A DNA stretch of 64,000 bases from positions 1 through 64,000 of IMG/VR virus record IMGVR_UViG_3300036771_000090; one strand, 5' to 3'. The notes beneath the pieces were generated by a model. That model was not told where the DNA came from. It saw only the letters and a program-made list of their open reading frames with translations, and searched no databases. Origin of the DNA: a virus. The translations under genes were made by a program, and so were the position numbers. Below, piece by piece: positions 10,001 through 19,446 of the stretch (positions within the stretch are counted from its first letter, which is position 1; every line of letters begins with the position of its first letter).

Positions 10001-11203
10001 CTGGCGTCGCTGGCCGGCCGGATGACCCTGAACGGCTTCCGGGTGGACGTCCCCCTGCTCCGCCGGCGCCTGGTGGAGGGACAGGCCAAAAAGCGCGCCG
10101 CCATGGAGGAACTGCGGGAGAGCACCGGGCTTCCGCTGGGCCGGGAGGTGATGCGGGGCCGCGGGAAGGCGAAGACGCCCGTCTTCGAGCCGTTCGACTC
10201 CCCGTTCAACACCACGGAGGGCAAGCAGTGGCTGGCGGACCTGTGGAGCCAGTACGGCGTGAAGCGGCCCCCCAGGACGGCCAAGGGAGCGCTGTCCACG
10301 GCCGCGGAGGCGCTGAAGGAGGTCTCCGGCCACCCGCGGTGCCCGGAGGAGCTGCGACGGACCCTGGACCTGATGGGGATCATCACCACCACCCGGACCG
10401 TCTACCAGACCGCTGCCACCTACCTCACCCCGGAGGGACGCGTCCACCCGTCGGTGTCCATGCGCCAGGCGTCCGGGCGGTGGTCGGTCACCAACCCCGG
10501 TCTGACCGTCTTCGGCAAGCGCGGCGGCCGGCACGTGGAGCGGGACATCTTCATCCCGGAGCCGGGCCACGTGGTCATCACGTGCGACCTGAGCCAGGTG
10601 GACATGCGCGCGGTGGCCGGGCACTGCCAGGACCAGGCGTACATGGCGCTGTTCGAGCCGGGCAAGGACGTCCACCAGGCGATTGCCGATCAACTGGGCA
10701 TCGCCCGGCAGGACGCGAAGCAGTTCGGCCACGGGTACAACTACGGCCTTCAGCTCAAAGGCGCCATCGAGCGCGGCATGGACCCGGACCTGGCCAAGAC
10801 GTTCTATGAGGGCATGGCCACCCAGTTCCCGGAGAAGAACGCCTGGACGGAGCGGGTACGGGCCGACGGCCGCCAGGGGCTGCTCCTGGACAACGGCTTC
10901 GGCCGGATGATGCGCTGCGACCCGGACCACGCCTTCACGGTCGCACCGGCCCTGATGGGCCAGGGAGGTGCCCGGGACATCACCTGTGAGGTGCTGATCC
11001 GCCTCATGGCCCGGCATCCTGAGTACCGGGCCTACCTGCGCGCCTACGTCCACGACGAATTCGTCTTCTCGGTCCCGGAGGACCAGGCGGAGGAGATCGG
11101 CGCGGAGATCACCGACGCGTTCACCTGGGAGTGGCGCGGGGTCCCGATCCTGTGCGACCTGGCCGGGCCCGCGGAGAGCTGGGGATCGGCGTCCGCGAAG
11201 TAG
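7034..11203 (+). CDS. Fused DNA primase (DUF3854/toprim-like) - D5/P4-type SF3 helicase - family A DNA polymerase
   Basis: WITEGIKKADS/ICFDAD/KGVDD (toprim); NCPNGILDL, GGENGKST, HGTWRRL (D5-type helicase); FFDLE, GHNIMGFD (exonuclease), SGRWS, CDLSQVDMR, AKQFGHGYNYG, YVHDEFVF (PolA); no stop between domains. Confidence 0.9.
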   Translation: MTGEQTGAAPMGAADLSQGHAEELESSCIDAEHVAARGYRTLFGTDADRLELKNLRIPRFMWRDDSAFPGLLIPEYRVTGELIGYQFKPAVPQRGSDKKFVKYASQAGTPNHLDVPPLVADKVRDPDSPLWITEGIKKADSLASRSRAVVTLTGVFNWRSKLGTLGDWEDIPLQGRSVVICFDADAREKRTVLLAMRRLGTWLESKRARDIRYLIVPSEVNGTPVKGVDDYFCAGGTLADLRDHALRELPSDGAQDAAFSDAVLADTVCSEELEGQFKWSAGMGWMTWTGKFWRKATDATVTEAVRLWALTQFERTIDKQKADPNRDMRSQMEGWRSALSKGKLTALVTLSRGILECSPDDFDSDPDLFNCPNGILDLRTGVLVPHDPDRLMTRIAGVDYIKGAEHPDWFTALQALPESVREWFQLRIGQAITGHLTPDDLAVICQGGGENGKSTVFNALITAAGRYHIMVADRAMLGNASDNHPTEMMDFMGARFAMLEETPESRRLDTNRLKKLVGTREITARGMRQDDVTFETTHSLFVNTNFRPTVDETDHGTWRRLALLKFPYTYRKSQSLVKGPNDRLGDPSLRQRVETPPVMEAALAWAVEGAQRWYGMDRIMPELPELVVADTLEWRKESDPILRFIDDTLAFDRSSHIHTVDLMEVFTKFMDDRKSRQWSEKTFGSRFGGHDLCAQNGVEKRKIRKTEGRSTLQTGVVAGATYNAWMGVRFQGPEDGKVSDPGPEDNSGPEDPFGEPQVNGGEQDHVPGVPGTAVNAQMPYAWELNPGTGNTGNRHEQVTNVKEMCVSDMPESDHAPQVTFFDLEGASADELFTYGDGFVRLPGMATGDGDVRTGVPVRELVRALENGPSAGHNIMGFDGLALAFHHGMDWEKFCEGAQDTEINARLADPPRSKESGRTEDRYDLDHTAAKLGVAGKTDSAKRLKDKYGGYDKIPLDDPEYHAYLKGDVEATRQVAALLPTTEYGKREHYLASLAGRMTLNGFRVDVPLLRRRLVEGQAKKRAAMEELRESTGLPLGREVMRGRGKAKTPVFEPFDSPFNTTEGKQWLADLWSQYGVKRPPRTAKGALSTAAEALKEVSGHPRCPEELRRTLDLMGIITTTRTVYQTAATYLTPEGRVHPSVSMRQASGRWSVTNPGLTVFGKRGGRHVERDIFIPEPGHVVITCDLSQVDMRAVAGHCQDQAYMALFEPGKDVHQAIADQLGIARQDAKQFGHGYNYGLQLKGAIERGMDPDLAKTFYEGMATQFPEKNAWTERVRADGRQGLLLDNGFGRMMRCDPDHAFTVAPALMGQGGARDITCEVLIRLMARHPEYRAYLRAYVHDEFVFSVPEDQAEEIGAEITDAFTWEWRGVPILCDLAGPAESWGSASAK
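9328..9413. repeat. 19-bp perfect inverted repeat with AT-richer spacer inside helicase-polymerase linker (candidate origin)
   Basis: TGTTCCCGGTGTTCCCGGT (9328-9346) / ACCGGGAACACCGGGAACA (9395-9413). Confidence 0.8.
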
Positions 11204-11230
11204 CGGGCACCGCCATGGAAGAAGGAAGAG

Positions 11231-11407
11231 ATGACGGAGCAGCCGTTCCAGTACCCGCCCGGTGTGGACCGGGACCAGTACGACCTACAGACCTACCTGG
11301 AAGCCGGTACGGAGGAGGCGATGGCCGCCGGCCGGCGTCTGGACGAACGCGCGGTGGCCGCCTTCCGGGCGCGCCAGGGGGAGCACGAACGCGGGGAACA
11401 GCCGTGA
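11231..11407 (+). CDS. Small hypothetical protein (58 aa)
   Basis: GAAGGAAG RBS; MTEQPFQYPPG...; GTGA coupling to next gene. Confidence 0.55.
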   Translation: MTEQPFQYPPGVDRDQYDLQTYLEAGTEEAMAAGRRLDERAVAAFRARQGEHERGEQP

Positions 11408-11664
11408 GGAAGGTGTGGACCACACGCAAGACGCGCCGCGTCCTGGCCGTTCTGGCGGACCCGCGGACTTACGGGGAGCCGGTCAGCGCGGCCCGGCTGC
11501 ACTACCTGACCAGGTACCGTCCCGGGACGCTGTACCCGGTGCTGGACGAACTCCTGCGGTGCGGCTGGATCGAGCCGGCCAGCCAGTACCTGAAGGAGCC
11601 GGGTTACAGGATCACCGAATACGGGGTCCTGAAGGTCTACCACGCACTTCGGAGGCACGGATGA
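11404..11664 (+). CDS. PadR-like winged-helix protein
   Basis: PGTLYPVLDELLRCGWI...YRITEYG. Confidence 0.7.
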   Translation: MRKVWTTRKTRRVLAVLADPRTYGEPVSAARLHYLTRYRPGTLYPVLDELLRCGWIEPASQYLKEPGYRITEYGVLKVYHALRRHG

Positions 11665-12065
11665 AGATCACGGGTATGGCGCGCTTCGCGTCCGGAATCC
11701 TCCGCGCCGGCGGGGGTGACGACCGGGGAACCGGGTGGGAGACCTACCTGGAGCACGCGGCGGCCATGGGCTACTGCCAGGAGCTGGCCGAAGAGCTGGT
11801 CCGGGCGGGACTGAGCACGGAAGGCGCCCTGGGAGTGATGGCTTCGGGCGGTCTGCTGCCCGGCGCCGCCGGAGGCTGGCCCGGCCGGGACGCCGGTTTC
11901 AGTTTCGGGGACAGCACCCTGGCCCGGCGCGTTCTGCTGCCGCTCAACCCGGGGGACTCCATGGACACGCTGCTGGAACAGGTGGCGGCTGCGGCCCGGA
12001 CGGGCGGGTACTCGATGGCGGACGTCGCGTACGGACTGCGGAGGCTGGCCGATGACAGCCACTGA
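11661..12065 (+). CDS. Hypothetical protein
   Basis: GGAGG RBS; ATGA overlap. Confidence 0.55.
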   Translation: MKITGMARFASGILRAGGGDDRGTGWETYLEHAAAMGYCQELAEELVRAGLSTEGALGVMASGGLLPGAAGGWPGRDAGFSFGDSTLARRVLLPLNPGDSMDTLLEQVAAAARTGGYSMADVAYGLRRLADDSH

Positions 12066-12258
12066 ACTGGAGCAGCCGGCCGCCGTACGGACCGCCTGCC
12101 CGTGGTGCCGGAATCCGGACGTGCTGGTCTGGAACGGCGTGCTGTTCCCGCACGGCAGCACACGGGACGGCTGGTGCCCGGCGCGCGGTGAGACCCCGCG
12201 GTCCGCCGCGCGGATGGCAGCCCTGCATGAGGAGATCCGGCTGAAGGGACACCCGTGA
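12052..12258 (+). CDS. Small Cys-containing hypothetical protein
   Basis: GGAGG RBS; CPWC...H...C. Confidence 0.5.
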   Translation: MTATELEQPAAVRTACPWCRNPDVLVWNGVLFPHGSTRDGWCPARGETPRSAARMAALHEEIRLKGHP

Positions 12259-12436
12259 TCTTCTGCCGGAAGCGGTACGGACGCTGGTACTGGGTGTGCA
12301 CCCGGTGCCGTCCCTGGACGTCGGGGTCCGCCCGCGGTTTCGCGCGGCTGCTGGTGAGCCTGCGGCACCACGAACGGGTCCGGGGATGCCACCATCGGGT
12401 GATGGCGGAACGGACCAGGAAGACGGAAGAGGGATC

Positions 12437-12784
12437 ATGGACGGACTACTGCGGCGCTGGAGCAGGCGGCGCCGGGCCGCACGCGGCCGGGGGCTGAAGC
12501 TGGCACTGCCGGACGGCCGCTGGGAGGCTGCGGGCCGCGCGCTGCGGGACGCCGGGCCGACCGCGGAGCAGTTCGCGGACCGGATGCGCGTCCTGGGGGC
12601 TCCTACGGCAGGGGACTTCGTGGAGCAGATGGAAGCGCTCCGGACGATGCCCGGTATCACCCGGCAGGAGGCGGACATCATTGCGGAAGACGTCCGGGAC
12701 ATTGCGGCCGGCCCGCAATACCGGGAGTGCGGCTGGCGCCTGGGACTGTGCAAGGGCTGTTCCCGGTGTGATCCGGATGCGTGA
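12437..12784 (+). CDS. Hypothetical protein with C-terminal Cys cluster
   Basis: GC3-biased frame; ECGWRLGLCKGCSRC. Confidence 0.45.
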   Translation: MDGLLRRWSRRRRAARGRGLKLALPDGRWEAAGRALRDAGPTAEQFADRMRVLGAPTAGDFVEQMEALRTMPGITRQEADIIAEDVRDIAAGPQYRECGWRLGLCKGCSRCDPDA

Positions 12785-12799
12785 TCATAATCGCGGGAG

Positions 12800-13396
12800 G
12801 TGAAGATCATGACTCTCGTGATCGTTCCGCGCTGCCCGCGCCGGAACCTGAACGGCCGGATGTGCGCGTACCCGGCCGGCGCCGGAACGCGGCACAGGGG
12901 CTGGGGTGTCTGCCGCTGGCACCGCGGCCAGTGGACATCGGTGGAGAAGACCTGGGAGGCAGCCATGGAGCTGGCCGAAGAGCTGGACATCAACCCCCTG
13001 GAAGCGCTGCTGCAACAGGTCCGCTCCGCCGGGGCGCACGCGGCATGGGCGGACACCCAGCTCCGGGAGGCGATCCGGCGCGCCGGGCAGGAGGGGACCG
13101 AACCGGGCGATGAACCGACGGCCGCGGTAGCGCGCTGGCTGATGGAGTCGCGCAAGGAGCGGGCCCTGTTCAGCAAGATCAGCAAGGCGGCCGTGGACGC
13201 CGGTGTGGCCACCGCGCTGCTGGCCCGGATCGACATGGAATCGACGGCCGTCGCGGAAGCGGTCATCGCGGGGGTGGACGCGCTGGACCTGCCCGGTGAC
13301 GCGCGCAACCGCGCGCTGGCCGCAGCCCACGAACGGCTCCTGGCCATCTCCGGTCCCGCACAGGACGAAATCCTCCAGATCCCCGAAGCCGGCTGA
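12800..13396 (+). CDS. Possible terminase small subunit (HGG-type Zn-finger N-terminus)
   Basis: C..AGAGTRHRGWGVCRWHRG followed by helical region, as in actinophage TerS-like proteins. Confidence 0.5.
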   Translation: MKIMTLVIVPRCPRRNLNGRMCAYPAGAGTRHRGWGVCRWHRGQWTSVEKTWEAAMELAEELDINPLEALLQQVRSAGAHAAWADTQLREAIRRAGQEGTEPGDEPTAAVARWLMESRKERALFSKISKAAVDAGVATALLARIDMESTAVAEAVIAGVDALDLPGDARNRALAAAHERLLAISGPAQDEILQIPEAG

Positions 13397-13478
13397 TCCT
13401 GTCAAGACCCCGCGGCCGTGAATCGGTGGCGGGATGACCTGCGGAAATAGCCGGACCGGTCAAACTAAATAGCCTTGA

Positions 13479-14147
<669 letters not shown>

Positions 14148-14190
14148 CCTGGACGGCGCGCCGGTCTACGTGGCAGCCGGTGAGAACGGC

Positions 14191-14225
14191 GAAGGGCCCC
14201 CGTCCACCGTGGACGGGGGCCCTTC
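14191..14225 (+). terminator. Intrinsic terminator-like hairpin
   Basis: GAAGGGCCCCCGTCCAC / GTGGACGGGGGCCCTTC perfect stem after rpf; second hairpin at 14261-14289. Confidence 0.8.
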
Positions 14226-14508
14226 TGCGCTGTCGTACACCCGTGGAACACCCTACAGCGAAGCCCCCGGTGGCCAGACCAGGGGCTTCCCTACTGTGGA
14301 GCCAGCAGCAACCAGGAACCACCGTACAACAGCGCCCCCGCGGGCTGCCGGGTCTTCCGCGGAGGCGCTGCTTCCCGGGGTTGGACCGACCCCGGCGGCC
14401 GTGATCGACCGGGAAGCGAGGAACCCGGGACCATGCGGCCACCGACAGCGTAGCGCGGACAGGTCTCCGCAGTAGCCTTATCCCAGTCCACCGAAAGGAA
14501 GACCCCCA

Positions 14509-15393
14509 GTGCCGTACGAGACGTTCCACGAACACACCCACCGCTACACCCCGACGGACCCCCGGCTGGGCCGTCACGTCCGGCACGACAGCCGCAGCGA
14601 GCGGTACGCGGTCGGTGTGCTGCCCAAGCGCGCCGTGAAGAAGGTCCGCTGGACGCGCCGCATCCCGATCCTGAACCAGGGCAACCTGGGGAGCTGCACC
14701 TTCAACGCCTTCACCGGCCTCCGCGGTACCGACAACGCGGCCGGTCCGGGGGTCACCTCCATCACCGTCGCCCCGGCGGCTGCGGCCAAGAGCCAGGGCT
14801 TCTTCACCGCCGGGGACCACGTGCTGGATGAGGACTTCGCGGTGGCCGGCTACAGCCTGGAGACCCGGCTGGACAGCTACCCGGGCCAGTACCCGCCCAC
14901 CGACACCGGCAGTGACGCGCTGGGAGCCATGGCGGCCGGCCAGGCACTGGGCCTGGTGGGTGTCTACCAGCACGCGTTCAGCTACGCCGCGGCCGTCTCC
15001 GCGGTCCAGTCCGGCGGTCTGCTGTGGGGCACGCTCTGGCTCAACTCGATGTTCGACGTGGACAAGAAGGGATACATCAGCGTCATCACGTCGTCCGGGG
15101 AAGCCGGCGGACACGAACTGGTCCTGTCCGGCTACGACCCGGAGAACGACGAATGGACCATGGACAACTCCTGGGACTCCGACTGGGGGCAGGACGGCAG
15201 CGCCAAGATCAAGGGCGTCCAACTGACGTGGCTGCTCTCCCGGGACGGGGACATCACGCTGCCCACCTGGACGACGTCCGTCCCTCCGCAGCCGGTCCCC
15301 GATCCGCCCGTCCCGCCGGTCAGTCCCGCCGTCACGGACGACCAGCTCTGGTCCACCGTCCAGGCGTGGCACGACGGCAAGCAGGCGGCATGA
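14509..15393 (+). CDS. Papain-like (C1A) cysteine peptidase
   Basis: NQGNLGSC (catalytic Cys), GGHELVLSGYD (His), NSWDSDWGQDG (Asn). Confidence 0.9.
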   Translation: MPYETFHEHTHRYTPTDPRLGRHVRHDSRSERYAVGVLPKRAVKKVRWTRRIPILNQGNLGSCTFNAFTGLRGTDNAAGPGVTSITVAPAAAAKSQGFFTAGDHVLDEDFAVAGYSLETRLDSYPGQYPPTDTGSDALGAMAAGQALGLVGVYQHAFSYAAAVSAVQSGGLLWGTLWLNSMFDVDKKGYISVITSSGEAGGHELVLSGYDPENDEWTMDNSWDSDWGQDGSAKIKGVQLTWLLSRDGDITLPTWTTSVPPQPVPDPPVPPVSPAVTDDQLWSTVQAWHDGKQAA

Positions 15394-15623
15394 TCAGGAA
15401 GAAGGGTGGTCTGCCGTTCCCCTTCTCGTTCCTGGTGGGCGGTGAGCCGGTGTCCGGCGGTCCCGTCCCGGACGCGCGCAGCGTCACCATCAGCGGGGAA
15501 GGGCTCCAGATCAGCGGATACGGCAAGGACGACGTCCTGGCGATCCTGGTCGTGCTGAAGGACCAGGCCGGCGACGCCTTCCACAGCGTTCCGGACGCGC
15601 CCCGGGAAGGCGGCTACGCGTGA
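15390..15623 (+). CDS. Hypothetical protein
   Basis: ATGA and GTGA coupling on both sides. Confidence 0.55.
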   Translation: MIRKKGGLPFPFSFLVGGEPVSGGPVPDARSVTISGEGLQISGYGKDDVLAILVVLKDQAGDAFHSVPDAPREGGYA

Positions 15624-15925
15624 ACAGGCACCCGGTGGCCCTGAACGCCTCCGTCCACTACGTCAGCCACGGCACGCCGGTCCAGACCGACGGTAAGCAG
15701 GCGTTCGCATCGGTCTGCCGTGCCGCGGACGTGACGGAGTGCAGCCCGCACGACTGGTTCCGCGTCGGCCTGTGCGTGAAGAACCCCACCGGGTTCTTCT
15801 TCCACCCGCTGGCCGCCGGAGGATCGGCCCAGGCACCCCAGGACGATGCCACCGGAGGTCTGGCCGTTCTGGTCCCCGGAAGCTGGCACTGGCCCGACCA
15901 CTGCCCGAACCAGGAGGGGATGTGA
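15620..15925 (+). CDS. Hypothetical protein (VHYVSHG...WHWP family)
   Basis: Coupled ORF; VHYVSHGTP..CRAA.VTE...GSWHWP is a recurrent small phage protein pattern. Confidence 0.6.
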   Translation: MNRHPVALNASVHYVSHGTPVQTDGKQAFASVCRAADVTECSPHDWFRVGLCVKNPTGFFFHPLAAGGSAQAPQDDATGGLAVLVPGSWHWPDHCPNQEGM

Positions 15926-16965
15926 CCCGGGTACTGCTCACCGGTGCCGCCGGGTTCGTCGGCTCCCACCTGCTCCGCCATATCCTGGCCACCACGGACT
16001 GGGATGTGGTGGCCCCGCTGACCTTCCGGCACAAAGGACTTCCGCCCCGGGTCTGGGGATCGGTCAAAGGTCACGACCCGGAGCGCGTCAACGTGATGAT
16101 GCTGGACCTGACCGGCCCGGTGGACGCGGTGTCCCGGCGGCTGATGGGGGACGTGGACGTCGTCATGAACGTGGCCAGCCTGAGCCATGTGGACGACTCG
16201 ATCCGGCGGCCGGTGGCGTTCGTGGAGAACAACGTCAGCCTGATCCTGAACGCGCTGGAGCTGGCGCGTCACCTGCGGCCGAAGCTCTTCCTCCAGATGA
16301 GCACCGACGAAGTGTACGGAGCGGCCCCGGCCGGCCGGGACGCGGAGGAGTGGTCCGCCATCGAGCCGTCCAATCCGTACAGCGCCAGCAAGGCGGCCCA
16401 GGAAGCGATTGCGTACAGCTACTGGCGCACCTTCGGGGTTCCACTGGTGATCACCAACACCATGAACATCTTCGGGGAGATGCAGGGACCGGAGAAGTTC
16501 GTTCCCAAGATCATGAACAAGCTGCTGGCCGGGGAGTCGGTGCCTGTGCACGCGTCCCCCGACGGAGTACCCGGCAGCCGCTTCTACCTCCACGCGCGCA
16601 ACCTGGCCGACGCCTGGGTGTGGCTGGCGCGCCGGTACCTGGACGGCTGGCCGGCGTCGCGCCCGGCCGCCTACACCAGCGGGGACGTCCGGCCCGACCG
16701 CTTCAACATCGTCGGGGAGCTGGAGGTGGACAACGTCCGCATGGTCGGCGCGGTGGCGTCCGCCATCACGTCGTACAACGGCCGGCAGGTGAAGCCGGTC
16801 TGGCACCTGGAGGACTTCCACTCCAGCCGACCCGGCCATGATCTGCGGTACGCGCTGGACGGCAGCAAACTGGCCGCGGAGGGCTGGTCCGCGCCGCTCG
16901 ACTTCACCACGTCCCTGGAGCGGACCGTTCACTGGACGCTCGATCATCCGGAGTGGCTGGAGTGA
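15922..16965 (+). CDS. NAD-dependent sugar epimerase/dehydratase, dTDP-glucose 4,6-dehydratase (RmlB)-like
   Basis: TGAAGFVG, ASLSHVDDSI, STDEVYG, PYSASKA, RPGHDLRYALD. Confidence 0.92.
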   Translation: MTRVLLTGAAGFVGSHLLRHILATTDWDVVAPLTFRHKGLPPRVWGSVKGHDPERVNVMMLDLTGPVDAVSRRLMGDVDVVMNVASLSHVDDSIRRPVAFVENNVSLILNALELARHLRPKLFLQMSTDEVYGAAPAGRDAEEWSAIEPSNPYSASKAAQEAIAYSYWRTFGVPLVITNTMNIFGEMQGPEKFVPKIMNKLLAGESVPVHASPDGVPGSRFYLHARNLADAWVWLARRYLDGWPASRPAAYTSGDVRPDRFNIVGELEVDNVRMVGAVASAITSYNGRQVKPVWHLEDFHSSRPGHDLRYALDGSKLAAEGWSAPLDFTTSLERTVHWTLDHPEWLE

Positions 16966-17177
16966 GCAGCAACCCGAACAGCGTGTTCGCCCGGCCGGAC
17001 GTCCAGGTGGCCGTGATGTCCGGCCGGGCGCTGATGGACGCCCTGGACGTGGTGAACTACCTGGAATCGCTGGCCGTCATCCTGGACCGGGACAGCCACG
17101 CGCTGGCCGCGGAAGTGGTCCGCCAGGACGCGGCCACGCTGAAGGAACGGATGGCCGGGGACTTCCGGCTCCAGTGA
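16962..17177 (+). CDS. Hypothetical protein
   Basis: GTGA coupling. Confidence 0.55.
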   Translation: MSSNPNSVFARPDVQVAVMSGRALMDALDVVNYLESLAVILDRDSHALAAEVVRQDAATLKERMAGDFRLQ

Positions 17178-17190
17178 GCAGGGGGCACGG

Positions 17191-18606
17191 ATGACGACGG
17201 ACGCACAGCGCGTGGCCGCCGGAGCGGCGCGGCACCTGGCGCGCGGCATGGCCTCCACGCGCTGGCGTCCACTCCCCCACCAGATTCCGCCGGCGGAGCG
17301 GTTCTACGGCTGGTTGATACTGGCCGGACGCGGCGCCGGCAAGACGGACGCGTGCGCGGAGTACATGGTCCAGCACGTCAAGGGACCGCCGTGTCTGCCC
17401 GGTCCCACTCCGCACTGGATGGCGATCATCGCCCCGACGCTGGGTGACGCGGCCACGTCCTGCTACTCCGGTCCGTCGGGGATACGCGCGCACGACCCTT
17501 CCGCGCAGATGGTCACCGTCAAGGGGGGCACCATCGTGCGCTGGCCCAACGGGTCGGAGGCGAAACTGTTCGGCGCGCACACGGAGGAGGAGACGGACCG
17601 GCTCCGCTCCGGCGGCAACCGGTGCCTGGCCTGGCTGGAGGAGCTGGCCGCCTGGCGTTACCTGGATGACGCCTGGGCACAGATGCGCTTCGGTCTGCGC
17701 GTCGGGCCGCATCCGCACTGGATCGGCTCCACCACTCCGAAGACCCGGCCGCTGATCAAGCGCTTCCACGCCGGGCAGGTGCCGAACGTCGTGGTCACGC
17801 GGGGCTCGATGTACGACAACCCCCACCTGGCCCAGGAAGTCCGCGACGCGCTGGAGGAGGAGTACGCCGGCACCCCGATGGGCCGCCAGGAACTGCTGGG
17901 TCTGCTGATCGAAGAGGATGAGAACGCGCTGTGGACCCATGCCGCCATCAACGCGACCCGGGTCCGGCCGTCGGATCTTCCCGACCTGGGCCGCATCTCG
18001 GTGGGGGTGGACCCGTCCGGCGGCGCCGGGGAGCAGGGCATCATCGTGGCCGGCAAGTCGAAGCTGGCGCTTCCTCCGGTGCGGATGCCGGACCTCCCGG
18101 AACTGGCCGATGCGCCGGCCCAGGTGATGACGCCGCGCCACCGCGGCTTCGTGCTCGATGACCGTACCGTCCACCTGAAGCCGGAAGGCTGGGGGCAGCG
18201 CGCGGTACAGGCGGCCATCGACTGGGAAGCGGATGAGATCTTCGTGGAGGTGAACTACGGCGGGGACATGTGCGTGTCCACGATCGCCTCCGCCATGGAG
18301 GCGGCCGGCGTGGCGATCCCCATCCGCAAGGTGCGCGCCACACGTGGCAAGGCGATCCGCGCGCAGCCGGTCAGCGCACTGAACTACCAGGGTGCGTGGA
18401 GCCATGCCGGGACCTTCGAAGCGCTGGAGGACCAGATGACGACCTGGTACCCGGAGCTGGACTGGTCCCCCGACCGTCTGGACGGCTCCGTGTGGAACGC
18501 GCACGGGCTGAAACTGGTCCGTGCGCAGGTCAGGGGCAAGGGCTCTTTTGGTGGTTCAATGGGACAAAAGCAAATGCCGATGCCAGGAAGATCCCACCTG
18601 CCATGA
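17191..18606 (+). CDS. terL: Terminase large subunit
   Basis: AGRGAGKT Walker A, WLEELAAW Walker B, STTP, VGVDPSG and SPDRLDG nuclease motifs. Confidence 0.93.
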   Translation: MTTDAQRVAAGAARHLARGMASTRWRPLPHQIPPAERFYGWLILAGRGAGKTDACAEYMVQHVKGPPCLPGPTPHWMAIIAPTLGDAATSCYSGPSGIRAHDPSAQMVTVKGGTIVRWPNGSEAKLFGAHTEEETDRLRSGGNRCLAWLEELAAWRYLDDAWAQMRFGLRVGPHPHWIGSTTPKTRPLIKRFHAGQVPNVVVTRGSMYDNPHLAQEVRDALEEEYAGTPMGRQELLGLLIEEDENALWTHAAINATRVRPSDLPDLGRISVGVDPSGGAGEQGIIVAGKSKLALPPVRMPDLPELADAPAQVMTPRHRGFVLDDRTVHLKPEGWGQRAVQAAIDWEADEIFVEVNYGGDMCVSTIASAMEAAGVAIPIRKVRATRGKAIRAQPVSALNYQGAWSHAGTFEALEDQMTTWYPELDWSPDRLDGSVWNAHGLKLVRAQVRGKGSFGGSMGQKQMPMPGRSHLP

Positions 18607-18776
18607 TCGCTATCCCCGTAACCGTCCTGTTAGCCCTGGTCCTGGCCGCGCTGGTCTTCGAGCGTGGCCGCTTCACGGTGATCATTGCCGTACTGTCCGT
18701 CGTCATCGGCCTTCTGCTGGCCCAGACCGCCGTTGGCCGCTTCATGTCCGACGTGCTCCACACCTTCGGGCTCTGA
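18603..18776 (+). CDS. Small two-TM membrane protein containing a TTA codon
   Basis: ATGA overlap with terL; hydrophobic; TTA at 18630. Confidence 0.55.
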   Translation: MIAIPVTVLLALVLAALVFERGRFTVIIAVLSVVIGLLLAQTAVGRFMSDVLHTFGL

Positions 18777-18827
18777 CGCGCGGTATCTTCCTTTTGTGGG
18801 ACCAGTCGAACAAAAGGAAGAGGCGTC

Positions 18828-19247
18828 ATGACCACACCCAGAAGGGTGACTGCCGATCCGGCGGCCACCGCCAGCGCAGTCCTGATCTTCGGCCGGGAGC
18901 CGGCGCTGTTCTTCGCCGTGCTCAGCTCCGTACTCGGGACCGTGGTGGCCACCGGAGCCACCGGGCTCACCACCGACCAGGCCGGCACCATCACCGCGGC
19001 AGCATCCGCCGTGTTCGCCGCGATCACCGCGCTGTTCACCCGGCCGGTGGCGCCGGCCGCGTTCACCGGCGCCTTCGCGGCCGTCGTCACCGTACTGGCC
19101 GCGTTCCACTTCAACCTCTCCCCGGAGCTGGTCGGAGCGGGCAACGGATTCATCACGGCGGTACTGCTGTTCGCCACCCGCGGGCACGTCTCCCCGACCA
19201 CCGTCCGGGGCGAAGTCGTCCGCCCGAAGGCACTGCACGGAGCCTGA
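18828..19247 (+). CDS. Four-TM membrane protein, holin-like
   Basis: IFGREPAL...TRGHVSP pattern typical of actinophage holin-like proteins. Confidence 0.6.
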   Translation: MTTPRRVTADPAATASAVLIFGREPALFFAVLSSVLGTVVATGATGLTTDQAGTITAAASAVFAAITALFTRPVAPAAFTGAFAAVVTVLAAFHFNLSPELVGAGNGFITAVLLFATRGHVSPTTVRGEVVRPKALHGA

Positions 19248-19446
19248 GTGCTCCGGCGTCTGCTGAGCTGGCTGGGTGTCCGGCGGCACCCGGCCAGCGT
19301 CCCGGAGGACATCCGCCGCACTCCCGGTCCTGAACGGCAGGACTGGTACAGCCGGGGATGGCGGATCAGGTGATCATTCGCTGGTACCGGAGATGGGCCC
19401 GGCGCCGTGCTGCGCGCCGGGTCCGCGATCTGAAGAGGAACTGGAC

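Noticed and set aside
12255-12497. 80-aa Arg/Cys-rich ORF
   Set aside because: Coupled start is plausible but it overlaps the next gene and has no recognisable motif; not confident enough to list
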